DNA from: Eimeria praecox | Taxonomy: Eukaryota | Direction: 5' to 3' | Assembly: GCA_963920595.1 (NCBI GenBank) | Contig: OY986946.1 | Location: 8,742,001-8,806,000, forward strand | Length of the DNA: 64,000 bases | The notes under the pieces: model-generated | The model's database searches: none | What the model saw: only the letters and a program-made list of their open reading frames with translations | What the model was told of the DNA's origin: nothing | Part shown: positions 13,601 through 27,000 of the stretch, one piece after another | Layout of the letters: every line of letters starts with the position of its first letter | Position numbering within the stretch: the stretch's first letter is position 1 | Program-made: the position numbers and the translations under genes

Positions 13601-16600
13601 GAAAGCAGCTTTGTACTCAGACTGACATGCTCTCTGGAATTGTTTTGTTGCGGATAAAGGCAGTACAAGGATTTACATAGTGTTTCTTTCTACCTTTCCT
13701 TGCTAGTGCACCGCGCAAAACCTGTTTTGTATCTACGCTGGAGTGGCCTGCAGGATTCGGAGTGGCCAGTTGCAATGTTCGCCATGAATGCGACGCGGCT
13801 TTGGCTCTGCTGAAGGATCACCTAGAGGCAACAGAGATGACAGCCGAAACGCCCCTTCTCAAGGCTGCAGCGGCTATCGGTTTGGGCTGTGCCTATGCAG
13901 GAAGCTGCAGGGAAGACGTTTTAGAGCTATTGACGCTTGCAGTTGTGAGTTTTTTCCTGATTTATTGTGAGATGTCGAGCTTGTGCGTTCCAGGGGCATC
14001 GGATGCATGTTCATATCCGGACAAGAAGCACAGATGAAGACTGAACAGCGCTTTGGCTGTTTCGTTGGTCAGTCACGCAGCTGTTTATGGACTTTCTGAA
14101 GGTCGGTTCGTATGGCCGGTTTGTGCTTCAGCTCGATGGCTCGCTACCTTTGGAGTGTTCTGCATTTGCTTCCCTCTCACTGGGTCTCTGCTTCGTGGGA
14201 AGCGCCTCAGCGGATGCAGCAGAGGCTATTCTCACTGCGCTTATGGACCGGTGCACAGCTGCTAGTGAGCTTTCCTTCTACGTGGTCGTATGCTATCTAA
14301 CGAAGCGGGGAGCTTAGGGTTCTTGCCATATGCATGTGGAATTGTATTACCTTTTTGTTTTTTACGTCGGATGGACAGTGGCGCCGGCCTTCATTCGTCA
14401 AATTATCAGTCCAGCAGTATCGTCCTTAGCTGCCAGCACTTCGTGTTGCGCTGCGCCGGCCTAACGGGAGGTGGCTCCTTGTGGGTTGACGTCTGGTGGG
14501 TTTTACGCCGCAGAGGCCTTGGACTCCCCTCTAGGGCACTTCCTCTCTGTTGGGCTGGGCCTGATATTCCTGGGAACGAGAGATGCTGCAGAAGGAGTTC
14601 TGTGCGCCATTGCTGCACTCCCACATGCGGCTTTCTCTGCTGCGGCCACCCGAATTATCGAGGGCCTGGCAGCTGCCGGTAGCGGCGATGTGCTGAAAGT
14701 GCAACGAATGCTGGGAGTGTGCGCCGAATCTCGTCCTGATGGCTACTGGAAACAGAAACAGAAGGAGCTGAACAGCGAACAGAGCCTAGAAGAAACTGCA
14801 GCGGAAAACAGCGTTGGTGTAGATGGTGCTGCAACGACGAGGGTTGATGGCGCTTCTGCTGCGTCAGGGGTCCGGGCTGCTCCAGCCAGTGACTCTACGT
14901 CTGGAGCGACAAATACAGCAAGCACCACTACGGTGGACGATGATGATGACCATCCGGATGATACAGACCAGGCTGTTGCGGTTCTTAATATTGCACTTAT
15001 TGCTTTTGCTGAAGAGACCGGCGCAGAAATGGCTCTGAGACTTTATGTACGCCCGGCGGCAACGTTCTACGCCCCCTAGTAGTAGAGATGTGTACGAGGT
15101 TGGGCATATAGCTTCATGGAATCTGCTTCATTTGTGTCCAGATCTTCTCTGGAGGCATATGAATAGGCATTTTGTGGTCATATTGTGTGGTTAATTGCAG
15201 GACCACATTCTTCAGTACGCCGATGCGCACATGAAACGCGCGGTGCCACTAGCGGTAGCGCTGCAGCACCCAAGTAACCCGAAGCCCCAGCTCATCGACT
15301 TGTTGAGCAAACTTTCTCACGACGCGGATCCTGATACCGCTCTGAATGCCATTTTCGCAATGGGAATTCTGGGCGCTGGTAGGTTCCTGTTGGAAATGCA
15401 CAAGAATCGAACAGTGCGAATTCCAGCATTCGACTGTGGGGAAGATTGTTAGTAGAGTGGCAAAAGAGGTGCAGCCGATTGATAAAATGGCAACTGGCAA
15501 AACTCCTGATGTTGGATCTGTGTGCTCGCACCTCAGGAACGAATCACTCACGCATTGCTTCGCTCCTCCGCCAACTGGCATCTTATTACGGGAAGGATCC
15601 CAGTGCATTGTTTGTGGTGGGTTCGCTTGCGACAGTAATGCCAAGGAGAGCTTGCGGCTTAGGTGTAGCGTTGCAGCTTATGCAACCAATTGTGCGAAGT
15701 TCGGTTTTGTGGTGCAGGTCCGCCTTTCACAAGGCCTGTTGTATTTAGGGAAAGGCCTGCTGCACCTAGGTGCTCTGCACTCTGACCGGCAGGTCATCTG
15801 CCGCGTTGCTCTGGGCGCCTTAGCGATTGCCTCATACTCGGCACTCCTCATGCGTCACACAATTCTAGGGTGAGCACCAGTCCTGATGTGCATACGCCCA
15901 ACATCCCTGTTCTACTACTGCAAGAGGCTCCGTTTACACATGTATACACTTGAGTAGTTCTGTCCAAGACACCATATTAATTCACTGAAAGCTGAGCAGG
16001 TGTCTATACACAATAACGCACTGGTTCAAAGGATATTTTGAGTACCTGGACGCATAAAGGGCTTTCCGTCTCCGCACATGTGGGCCCTGTTTCAGGAAGT
16101 TCCACTTCATGCTCTACTACTTGTTCCCAGCAGTACAGCCGCGATGGCTAGTTACTGTTGCCGAGCGCTTGGAAGGGGCAGATTCAGATGAAAAACCTGA
16201 CATTGCTCTAAAGGCGGAAACGTCCGCTCTGGCACAGGATGAGGCGGAAGCAGCAGGCATAGACGCCGCCATGGAAACTGATGGCNNNNNNNNNNNNNNN
16301 NNNNNNNNNNNNNNNNNNNNNNNNNNNNNNNNNNNNNNNNNNNNNNNNNNNNNNNNNNNNNNNNNNNNNNNNNNNNNNNNNNNNNNNNNNNNNNNNNNNN
16401 NNNNNNNNNNNNNNNNNNNNNNNNNNNNNNNNNNNNNNNNNNNNNNNNNNNNNNNNNNNNNNNNNNNNNNNNNNNNNNNNNNNNNGACGCCGCCATGGAA
16501 ACTGATGGTGCAACGAATGGTAGGAGTCCCTCAGTGGAGGGAGACGAAGACCTTAAGATGCTTCCGATTCCTGTCCGCGTTGGTGAGGCTGTTGACGTCG

Positions 16601-16986
16601 TTGCGCAGGTGGGCAGGCAGCCGAAGACCATTACAGGATTCCAGACCCACACCTCTCCAGTCCTGCTTAATTTCAGTGAAAGAGCCGAACTGGCAACAGA
16701 CGAATGTAAGCCTGCCCAGTAATAGCAGCACTCTGGATTGCCTCCGTTGCTTCAGTACTGCAGCCCCGCCTAGTGCGCAGAAGAAGCTTTGCTTCCTAAT
16801 TTCCTAGTGGGCTTTTCGCTTCCCTTGGTTTCACGGTCACTTGATGGTTTACACTTAAGGTGCTCAAGGGTTTGGGTGTACTGGTGTTGCTGTGTGACTT
16901 CGGCAGATTTGCCAGTTGCGCGCGTACTTGAAGGCATTGTTCTTCTCCGAAAGAACCCAGAGTACCAGCCACCAAAGGCCTCATAG
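10633..16986 (+). CDS. RPN1: 26S proteasome regulatory subunit RPN1/PSMD2, multi-exon, interrupted by an assembly gap
   Basis: Start gaagATGGCG at 10633. Motifs: [152 protein letters not shown], and terminal [13 protein letters not shown]. Introns checked are canonical GT-AG. Confidence 0.97.
16286..16485. other. Assembly gap (200 N)
   Basis: Exactly 200 N, flanked on both sides by GACGCCGCCATGGAAACTGATGG. Confidence 0.99.
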
Positions 16987-18599
16987 GCTGCAGCAGGTGT
17001 TGCCCTGAGGTGAAGCGCGGCCCTTGGTTTTCATTTTGGGCAGCCAGTGCTTCCTGGCAGCGGCGCCGGGTGCTGATATTTCAGTGGCGGAGCATGCGTA
17101 CCTTCCTTTACGCACAATCCTGTGTCTGCCAACTGAAGTAAATGGCCAGTTGCTACTATTTAAAGATTCTCTTCTGGGCCTGACTACTATGGGTAGACGG
17201 AGCCTCCGGCTGCTGCTGAGCTACGGCTGACGAGCTGAGGGTCTCATGTGCTAGTACAGGCCCAGCCGAATGCAACGCCGCTGGCCACGGGCAGTTGCTT
17301 GCGAAAGACTTCTGTAGGGTGCTGCAAAGCGCGTTGCTCACAGAAGTCTCGCATATTTTTGACTCTTCACGTGATGTGAGCGAACAGCATGCCCAGTGCC
17401 CGCAAGTGGCGCATCAATCTGGAATTGTCAGTAATGCATCTTACAGCGTGCAGAAAAGGACCTACATGAATGCCACTGAGTCCTTCGAAACTGAACGTTT
17501 TGTAGCTTTAGGAGATGGTTGGCCGCACCGCAGATAATCGAAGCACTGGAGTCATTGATATTTCGCTTCGGCTGCTGTTTTCAGAAGTATGGTTTTGACG
17601 CAGTGCATGTCAGCTGTTTCAGCGAAAGCAGCTCCGCCAAGCTTGCGTGGCAACAACTCGTGAATCGGGAAAAACGTCAGAAAAGTGCAATGTGTTCTTG
17701 TCGGACCTGAACTCAGTAGAAGGCAACGACCGCCTGAACTATACCTGAAGTGATCCGTCCGTGCCCTCTGGTCCTCTATTTTTTCGGTCTAACTGCTGTC
17801 CAGTAGGCTGCCTACCTTCTCACGTTAGTGGGGCTGAATCAATCGATCATCATGCGGTTAGAACATCCTGCCCGCTAACGGCCTGTCATACCTGGTTGAT
17901 GCACTGATGTGCTTTGGAACATGGCTTCATCCTTACCTGCCTACCTTTCCTTTGCAAGAATCTAGGCGCTAACATGCTGTAGCCCACCGTGTAGTCTGCC
18001 TAGCGCGCAGAAGGAAGCGCACAGACTGTGTATGCCACCTTAGTTTTGTCTTGGGTTAAGACGGAATGCCGTAGCAGCTCGTTTTGCACAGCGCTTCCCC
18101 ATAGTTTCTTGGAAGGCAGCATCACTGTCATAGTTACTTACTGATACATATCCCGTTGTTGTACCAGTCGCAAGCATGTCATTTTCTAACTACATAGCAC
18201 TGGGTCGCACTAGCGGCCACTTATGCTACGCAGGTCCGCACATTGTATGCGCGTTAAATTAGTTTAATTAGTCAGACTGGAATGCGATGATAAGGCACAG
18301 TAGACGACTAGACAGCACGTGAAACTTCACCAACAAACATAGGCATTAACTTAGGGACCACACCCTAGATTCGGAGGTGATGGTGGAAGTCATTAACGTG
18401 CGGCCAGTGAGCCAGTAATCCAGTGCTCTACTCTGCTTGATGCCAATTTCTAGCTTTGTGGCCTCTTAGACCACCTTTGCCGTAGTTCGTATTGGTTCTG
18501 CTCAGCTTCGGGAGTTGGGCTTCATGCCCCTGCATGAAGCTCCCCAATGCATCACGGCATAGACGAGTGGATGACCCTGTCAAGTGCAATACCAGTACA

Positions 18600-20280
18600 A
18601 CAGCTTCTCGTTTTCATCGGAAAGGGATTGCACTTTTCACGGAGGTAGACTTCCACCCACGAGACCAGCTGTAGACTTAATCCTGATTGGTTTTCCATGT
18701 CTAATCGGTAACGGGTAAGAGTGCTCTGAGAAGACGATTCTGCTCTCTCGTTTTCCCTCTCGTTATCTAGTTGGACAAAACGCTGCTTTCTTTTCTTGGC
18801 TTATAGAGTGCACCAATGCAGTACCAACTGTAATCCCACTTAAGCTAGGTGCCATGCTGCTCGTTCAATCCGTGTGGCCATAAGTCTCAGTTTACACAGG
18901 TTCTTCTCGGCAGCACGAGCGCCAGCGAACTACCGTTTTGGGTGGGGCGTCACCAGTACACCGTCATTTCGCCTTGCATGTGAACTGGCGTTTTGAACCT
19001 AAACGGCTCTAGTGTCAATTTATCTGTCAGACGCTGCGGTTACTTGGGCGCGGCCTTCTTAGGAAGTAATCCATACGAAAACACTTGAGATGTCTGTACC
19101 CTGCTGGATAATCTGTTGGGACTAAGGCCTTTGAAGGGGATAAATGATATATTTGCCTGTATGCGGCAGCAAAGTGCCCACTAGTGAAGGCTTATTGGAA
19201 GTTGTTGGGGCAACAAATAGCATGGCAGCAACTGGCTATCCCACAGCGAGGTAAGATTACCCATACACTTATTACGTGACAAAAATGAATCGTGTGCTCA
19301 TGCAAAGACAGGACTTCGCCTAGAAGCGACGGCCTCCCATAACATGGCATTTAGACAGCTTAGCTCCACTGAGGTCTTTTCAGTATGGCTTTTTTTTCTG
19401 GAAAGGCATGTGAGCGGCGGATGTTGCTGATTGATATGCAACCTGCAAACGTTCATTCTGCATTTTACTTCCTATGTTTTAATATATACCGAACCCTGTG
19501 TAAGATTTACCTTCACACCAATCAGCTAGCGCTCGCTGCAATAATGAACAGCGCGATATTCGGAAGCTTATTTTCACTTAGTGCTATGCGAGAGCCAGCG
19601 CACGGGTGCATTCATCAAGAGGTTTCCTACGGACTCCAAAAGGAAAAATATGTGATTGTTTGTTGATTAGCTCGAGTTAGGAACACTGCATTCATAGGCC
19701 AATTTTACTCGATGGCATGCAGTGCGGAAAGTTGGAAGGGGTTCGGGCAGCATGCTAAGTCAACGGACTGGCCGTTGGATATTAGAGGCATGCACACCGC
19801 GAAATACAAGTGCCGGTAGCTGCAGAGAGTCTTTGATAGACTTCAACAAAACTGTCGTATAACACCAGCTTGTTGCTATCCCACTGTCAATTTGATATGC
19901 TCAGCGAAATCTAGGAAGCGCAACGCCCGTTTCTTGTCGATAGAAGACAGCCAGACTCAAATTCTAAACAGACCGAATTATGCTACCTTTCGGACAGATC
20001 GTGCCGCGGTGCTCTATTATACTAAGAGTTGGCCAGAAAATGGCGCCTTCCAACTTATGTGGTGTAGCTCTAAGGTTGTTTAGACCAAGGGGTTAAAGGG
20101 CTGTGCGCTGGGGCGACAGGACCAGCAACGCAACGCCAAGATTCCAGCTCGGAGAGCCACTACTAAAGTCATTTTCCATAAAGGCTGCTGTTCAGAGCCT
20201 CCTAGAAGATGATATCAGAAACCTAGCTCCCGTACCAACGAAGCACCGCCGGTCCGGACCTCGGTTGAGACGATGGGAAA
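18600..20280 (+). mobile_element. Possible second, far more decayed Ty3/Gypsy pol relic
   Basis: Weak motifs in the correct order. RT-like GIALFTEVDF (~18625). RNase H-like RVLMQRQD, MAFFSGK and IYLHTNQLAL (~19290-19535). Integrase-like EDSQTQILNR (cf. TDGQTERxNR, ~19943-19972). PTKHRRSGP (cf. KLxPRWxGP, ~20235-20260). Confidence 0.4.
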
Positions 20281-21049
20281 AGTGCCGAGGAATCATTTCT
20301 GCCACCATATCCGGCAAAGTGCCTAACCTGAACACGAATATTAAAGGTATAACATTCTGTAACTTACGATGCTCGCCGCAGCTTTTTACAGGATTGAGGC
20401 TTGCGAACGGTGCTGAACCAGCTAGCAGTGTAAGACATACCGGCTGCGTAACTGTATATGCAGGCTAGAGATATTCCCTCAACCAGTCGAGGCTAAGCAG
20501 GACAAATACGATTTTAAATTGGAGGTGAGTTAAAATGTGGCGCTGCTTACCACTAATATTTGGCGCCGCTAGGCAAGAAACGCGGATTTCGCTATCAGCC
20601 AACAAGGGGTCACCCATCGGCCATTCGGTCAGTGACCAGCCAGTTGGCGCGCAACGCCAACTGGCTGGTCACTAAGAGAGGGATTTTCAAGCGACCAAGT
20701 TGCAGTCATTTATGTGATGGTTTTTACACCTTCATCGGCTTTTTAGTTTTGCATTTTTTCGCTGTTACATGTCCCAGCTAAAGGCGCTGAATCGGGAGCA
20801 CTCGTCTTCTGACTACCGAGCCTCACGTACAGGCGGTGCCGACAACACCATCGACAGACCAATGCAGCTAACCCACGCCGCTTGTTCTTAACCTGAGCCT
20901 CTCTAATTGAGGCATGAGCTTATTGAATAAGCGTGTGACTGTCTTCCGAAGTGGTTGCTTTCAAGTGAAAACTCGGGGACTGTCAGCGTGTCTCTACGAA
21001 CAGCCTGGACATTCTGGTCACTGGACTGTCACATCCGGAAACCAGTACA

Positions 21050-24000
21050 ATGATGACTAGCTCAAGCTTTCGGCCCATAGCGCCAAGATTTTCTACTATA
21101 TTAGCCCTTCTTGGTCTTTTGGGCATTTGGATTGGCGCAGCAAGCTGCGCCGTGGTAAGTGGACGCAGTCAAGGAATTGCGCCACACTATTGGCAGGTGG
21201 AATGGAGGACGCCTGGCCCCTGTAAGCTACTTAGATCAAATTGTTTGCACAGTAAGTGCACTTTCAGCTCATTTTCCGTGGTCCGCGTGTAACTGTCAAA
21301 CATGATGGCTTCTGGGCTGCACAGCAACGGCCTGGCTCACCATTAACGTGGTTGGACTCACTCTTCCTCATATGCCTTCAGATGCAAATGATGGCTCATT
21401 TACCAACGTATCCTCGTCATATGGGACCAGTGTAAACCAGCAGGAGAAAAATTCTATGGGATACGGGCAGTTGCTCTTAGAAACTGGAAGAGAGAGGACA
21501 AAACTTGTTGGCCTTCTGGAGCACGAACAGATGCTGGCCTACTCTCAAAATCTTCAGTATGCTTTTAAAAAGTGTAAGTCCAACAACAATTTTGATTACG
21601 CTCTCCGTGGCTGAAGGCCGTGCCTAGAGAACCACAGTATACTAAGTTTCCTCTGTTGTTGTTCGCATGTGCGCGTTTTCAGCCAGCAAATTCACGCATT
21701 CACTTCGGTTTTTGCAAGAGTTATTTTCAAAGAATCCATTCCTCAGGTTTGTCGCAGTCGGCTACAGAGACAGGGTGAAGATTGTTGATGCACTCGAACG
21801 GGCGGCCGAGAGATGGATTCGCATGCAGAAAGGTAAGCCTTGTGAAGTGTAAGCATTCGCACGAGCAGCAAGAAACTTGCGAAAAAAATCATCAGTGCAA
21901 CCGCCTGCGTAACTGGTAATGAATGCTCGCAGATAAGGCAGTTGCTGCCGAAGAGGTCATGGCATCGTTGGTTTTGCAGTACAGTTATACATTGAGGAAG
22001 TCCTTGTTGAATCGAAAAGAATATTCGCAGTCCAGAAAGGAAATCCTTGCGGCACTTCGGGCTGTCAACGCTGGAGGACATGCACTGGATCTAATTTTGG
22101 CAAACAGAGGTGGGCAAGCAATCTTATGGGCACGTTGCAGCTCTGCAACAATGCAGAGCGCAGAGGGTCCTTCAGTTCTTGGGTTGCGCACGGTTCTTTA
22201 TTATTTAGGCAAGCCAATGTTCTCATGGGCAATGTCGCTGTGGAAGAATCCTTTGGCAACGCTTTCTAACGTCGTTAGTACCGCTTTCGATGAGACATTT
22301 GAAGGAGCCTTGGGCCTTCCAACAGGCGAAGTAAAGAGTGCCTGCTTCTCTTTCGGCTATCGCATGAACAGCATTGCTCCCTATACCGCTGTGCTTCCTG
22401 GTGGGGTTTTCGGCTCCGTGCTGAAGTCCCTTTCTCGCTCTTTTATGCTCGTATTTTACCCCGCCTATGCAAGCTTCAGAGGTATATTTTCCCTCATGAT
22501 CGGTGTAATCTGCAAAACTGGAATTGTCGCTGCCGCCAAGGACCTCTTCAAAGCGCTGGCTAATATCACGCGTTTGGGACTACGCGGCATTCGAATTTTG
22601 TTACGCAGGTTTGGTAAGCAAAACCAGTTCATGTCTACTTGGTGCAGCACTAGTGAACTACCTGGTCAACAAGTCGATTATATATACTATTCGCCGCTCC
22701 TCTCCACCCTACAGCACACATCACTACCCAAAGGGTTTCCGGCTACCATGGAAACAGGCCTCACATGCTTTTATACTGTGGATTCGTTCTGTGTCCAGCT
22801 GTTCGTGGAGACCCCGTGGCATGGCCAATTCTGCAGGACCTGCTCCGCAACGCTTCCCCTGCAATGATCACTCTCCTATTCCAGCTCCATGCTGTCGATG
22901 TGCGAGATATTACACAGAAAGGAAAACGCGTAACTCAAGCCCTTGCAGCTGGCAGGGCTTCCTGGAATTACGCTGACGGGCTTTGGGTCGGAGCCTTTGA
23001 CTTCGGCAGAGCTTTCATCGGCACCGTCAGGTCTTACAAACAAGGGGCAGAAGCCTTCGTGGGGTACTGTGAAAGCAAGGTGAGAGCTTGAAAGACTTTT
23101 GTGAATGATTCTACAAAGCTGTGCTGCTCTGGAGAAGGGTCTCTCACCACCTCACGTGATTGTTATCGAGATCAACACCATGCTGCTTCTCAGGCTATGG
23201 AAACCCAATCTCGTACCCCAGAAGAGCAAGCAATGATAGATTTGATGTCCGATGAGTCGACCGCACCGGAGTCAGATGCAGAGACTCTCAAGAGCTCATC
23301 GAATAATGAAGTACCAGGAGGACTTCAGGAGGAGCCACTAACAGATGATATAATAGCCGCATTCAGAGCTATCGTAAGTGCCTCCCGTTTTGCCATTACG
23401 ATTACCACCGTGATAGAGTAGCCTCCCATTCGAAGTGCTGTGCTCCGATGTGCACGCTTAATTCTTATGGATTTTATCCGCAGGCGCCTGGTGCCCAAGC
23501 ATCACCAGGAGAAACTAGAACTCGCTTAGATGCTGCCGTAAGTTTGGAAATCTAAGGCGCTCACCCGAGGAAAACCAGTGCCTATTAGCACATTCCTCTT
23601 TAGCTCAACTAAGCGACAACATTCTGTTTGACCACTGCTATGTGGTGAACGTGTACGCAGTGCCGGCAACATAAAAAGTTTGTAACTTCTTTTAAAAAGG
23701 ATCGGTGGAGGCATCTGCAACTATTTGTAAAACAAGTAGTTAAAATCCTAAAATACGACTTCAAATTCTTTCAGTCGTACGTCGGCGAGATGATGTCAAT
23801 CTTCTACGATACTGCATATGTGCTTCTGAATGCTGACGTGGCGAATGTTGTGAGCGAGAAGATACCCCCTGAGTCTATGGGGGATCGAATTCAAGCTGCC
23901 ATGGCAGACTTTCAGCGGTACAGGGAGGCTGCTGCTGAAAGCGCCAAGACCGCTCTCCCTAGAAAAATGTTCAGAGAGCCTTGGTTCGTCAAGTCGGGGA

Positions 24001-27000
24001 TATCCCTGGCACATGGTTTTTTCGAAAGCGGTACGCCCTACCAAAGCCCCAGCAGGTTCTGCGTGGGTGCCGCATATGCCAGAATACTTACGATTTTGGC
24101 ACCCCAAAATAACCATTCTGTGCGCCTGTGCTTCTTGACACTAACTCGCATGTGTTTTTGTGTTTCGCGAGTTCGCTTTCAGCCGCTGGGTTCGCGTTGC
24201 ATTTCGTCATGGAGGACATGGGAGACGAAACACTCCGGAATCGCCGGGACAGAGCTGCATTTACCCTCCTCGACAGCGGTGCTCGCAAGCTACGTCAAGC
24301 AGTAAAGTCGCTTTACGGTCGTTTCCTCGAAGCCACTATAATGATCAGGCGGTTGGAAAACAACGAATCGGTAAAGACCGTCCAAGATTTCGTCTCGAAG
24401 TGTAACCCGCAACTAGGCGTCCCGGATCCTGACGTGTGTGGCAAAGTGGTAACTTCGGACGTAGATGAGAATTTGTTTATCAAGGAGGCGCTTTACGCAC
24501 TTCATGCACCCATGGCGTCTCCTCCCGACGATATAGCTGTGCTTAAAGATACTGCTTTAGGTGATGTCTTCATCCGTTGGGGGGAGTTTTCAAAACTCTC
24601 CAGGGATAATCAGGCCATTGCTGACGGAGCTAGTGATCGCGGTGAGTGACAAACGCGTTGCACGGCTATAGGCGATGCGCGTATTTACGCTTAAACTGGA
24701 GATGGACAGGCCGTTGTGCAAGTGTGGCACTATGCGATTTCCTCTGCAGCCTCTATGCGTACCTTTCTTGATCACCTCCGCCACGCCATCGTTAGCCGAG
24801 TGAGACAAGCGGCAAATCCCAAACCCTTGCTGTCCCGTAGCACATAAGAAGCTGCCTACAAGCCCACCTGTTTTAGTGTTGCATCAAATAAATCCGTCTC
24901 TGCTTGTGTGTTTGTGTGCACGCTGTTTAGCTAGCATTTATCCGCTTCGACTTTGCGGAGGAGTTTACAAGCCTGACCTTGCATGACGCCAACGGACGCA
25001 GCATCAAGTTCACACGTACGGTGCACTACAACTGCTGAGCTAGTTAGCATCAGTCCATTTAATTTAGTTATTTGTCTTGCCTCGGGCAAGCATGTGCAAA
25101 TACAATATGCTTGTTTACCTTTGCGAGCCCTTTGTGCGTTTCAGCGGATAATCCTGACGACGTGAGAGGTAAACTGCGGATATCCCTGCTTTCTTGAGCG
25201 CGTCGTAATAACCACATCCTTTCGTTACACTGTGCGCATGCAACTTTACTTTTGATGACGCGAGTAAGTTAAATGAACCCATGGTGGAAAGCCTATTTTC
25301 TGCACCTCGTTTTTGCAGCGCTCAGTGGACGGCAAAAAGGTGCATCCATCAAATTTCGGCCGTCGCCCCTGAATACCAACTGCTGGTTCAATATCGAAGA
25401 CGGTAATAGGGGGACACTGCAATTCCCAATCTTATCAGAAGAAACTGCACTAGAGGGTCTGCAGCCAGCGACGGGAACAGGAGCACCAGCAGAAGGCATT
25501 CCTGTACACAAAATCCCTGGACAGATCAAGTACAACGATCCGCGCGAAGAGCTTGTATCTATAAAGGAAGATCCATCAGCCGTGCACGATGTAATAGTGG
25601 CGAAGTTCCTTGACATTCACGGACGGGCTCATGCCGAAATGGTGAGTCTCCAAGCCGCAATATTTTTGTGCACGCGTAAGATCCCCGACAGCACCAGATA
25701 ATAAGAATGCAATTAGTTGTGTTGTGTATGCTTATACAGTTGGCGACCCTGCTACATCTCATGCACTCCAAATCTGTCTCCTTCAGGAGCCACAGTCCAT
25801 CAGTCTTCATGCAAAACGTCACCCCCAAAATGTTCTTTGATACGCTTCACGCTCTCTCAACGACTGCGAAGACAAGACCGCCTACAAGTGTCATGCTGGA
25901 GGGCCGCCTCTACACCTTCCCACTAAATTTCTCTACTGCGAAGAGCATCTTCTTGGGAGCCATAAACCGGTTGATTGTGCGCATGCACAGCCTTGATTCT
26001 AAGGATATGGTATCTGTTTTCATGATGACTGTGGGATATCTGGCATACCAAAAGATCCAGAAGCACCGTACTGGAAAAACGTTGGTTATGAACATGTTCC
26101 AAAGGGACGTGTTGTACTTGCTGCTGGCTCAAGAGCGTGGAGCGCTGCTCACGGAGGCACCTTATTGCGCATGGCTAGAAGAAGAGACTCAAGACGTACA
26201 CGAAATGATTGTCAAATGCTCGACCCTCCGCTTCCTCAAGATAGGCAGTGTCGAAAATATTGCAGAAGCTGAAAAGGTTAGTTGTGACCACATAATGTGT
26301 CTTCCCGTGGCTTGATATAAATACGGCTTTCGGTGCACCCTTCCCTTTCCCCTACGAGCGTTCAATTTGTCTGGTACGGAAATGTGCAGGAGAACGTGCG
26401 TAACTACATTGGATCATTCGTCGAAATTCTGGACAGCGTACGAGGTTCAACGGGCTGGATGGACTTTTTAAACATTTATGCATTTGCAGCTGAAGCTGAC
26501 TTGTACGCCGCCACTGCTGCACAGTACTCATACGAGAAACTGCTGCAGGAGTTGAGTGTAGAATATGCAGGTGCAGAAAAGGGGGAAAGTCTTGCTAATT
26601 TGTACACTGAAATTCATCCAGCCTTGGGTGGGCCTCGGCGATACCGCAAGGACCGTCGGGACCTCGTGACAGCACTGCGCAGCTATGCTGAGGACATCAA
26701 GAAGCTCCCTCGAAGCCTCCGAAAGTCTCTGAAAATTTTTGTTACTTCTTGCATTGCAAAGTTTCGGAGACTCGTCGGCGCAAAGCAGTTTTCCCTCTTC
26801 AGAAAATTGTAAGTTGAGATTTCAGACTGCACCGTACCATCATGCTAAGTACCCTATCAGTCTGCCAAGGTTTTGCATACTTACGTCAGTCTGGTGTTTG
26901 GCCTCCTTACTATGTTGCAGTCGGCCCAACGTTTTGCATGGCACAACATTCTTAGCTGCTGTCCAAGGGGCTGAGGGACGAGTATTCCCAAACCCGGAAC

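Noticed and set aside
21833..21932. Apparent frameshift in the RON3-like gene
   Set aside because: Resolved by a canonical 100-nt intron (G|GTAAGC...CTCGCAG|AT).
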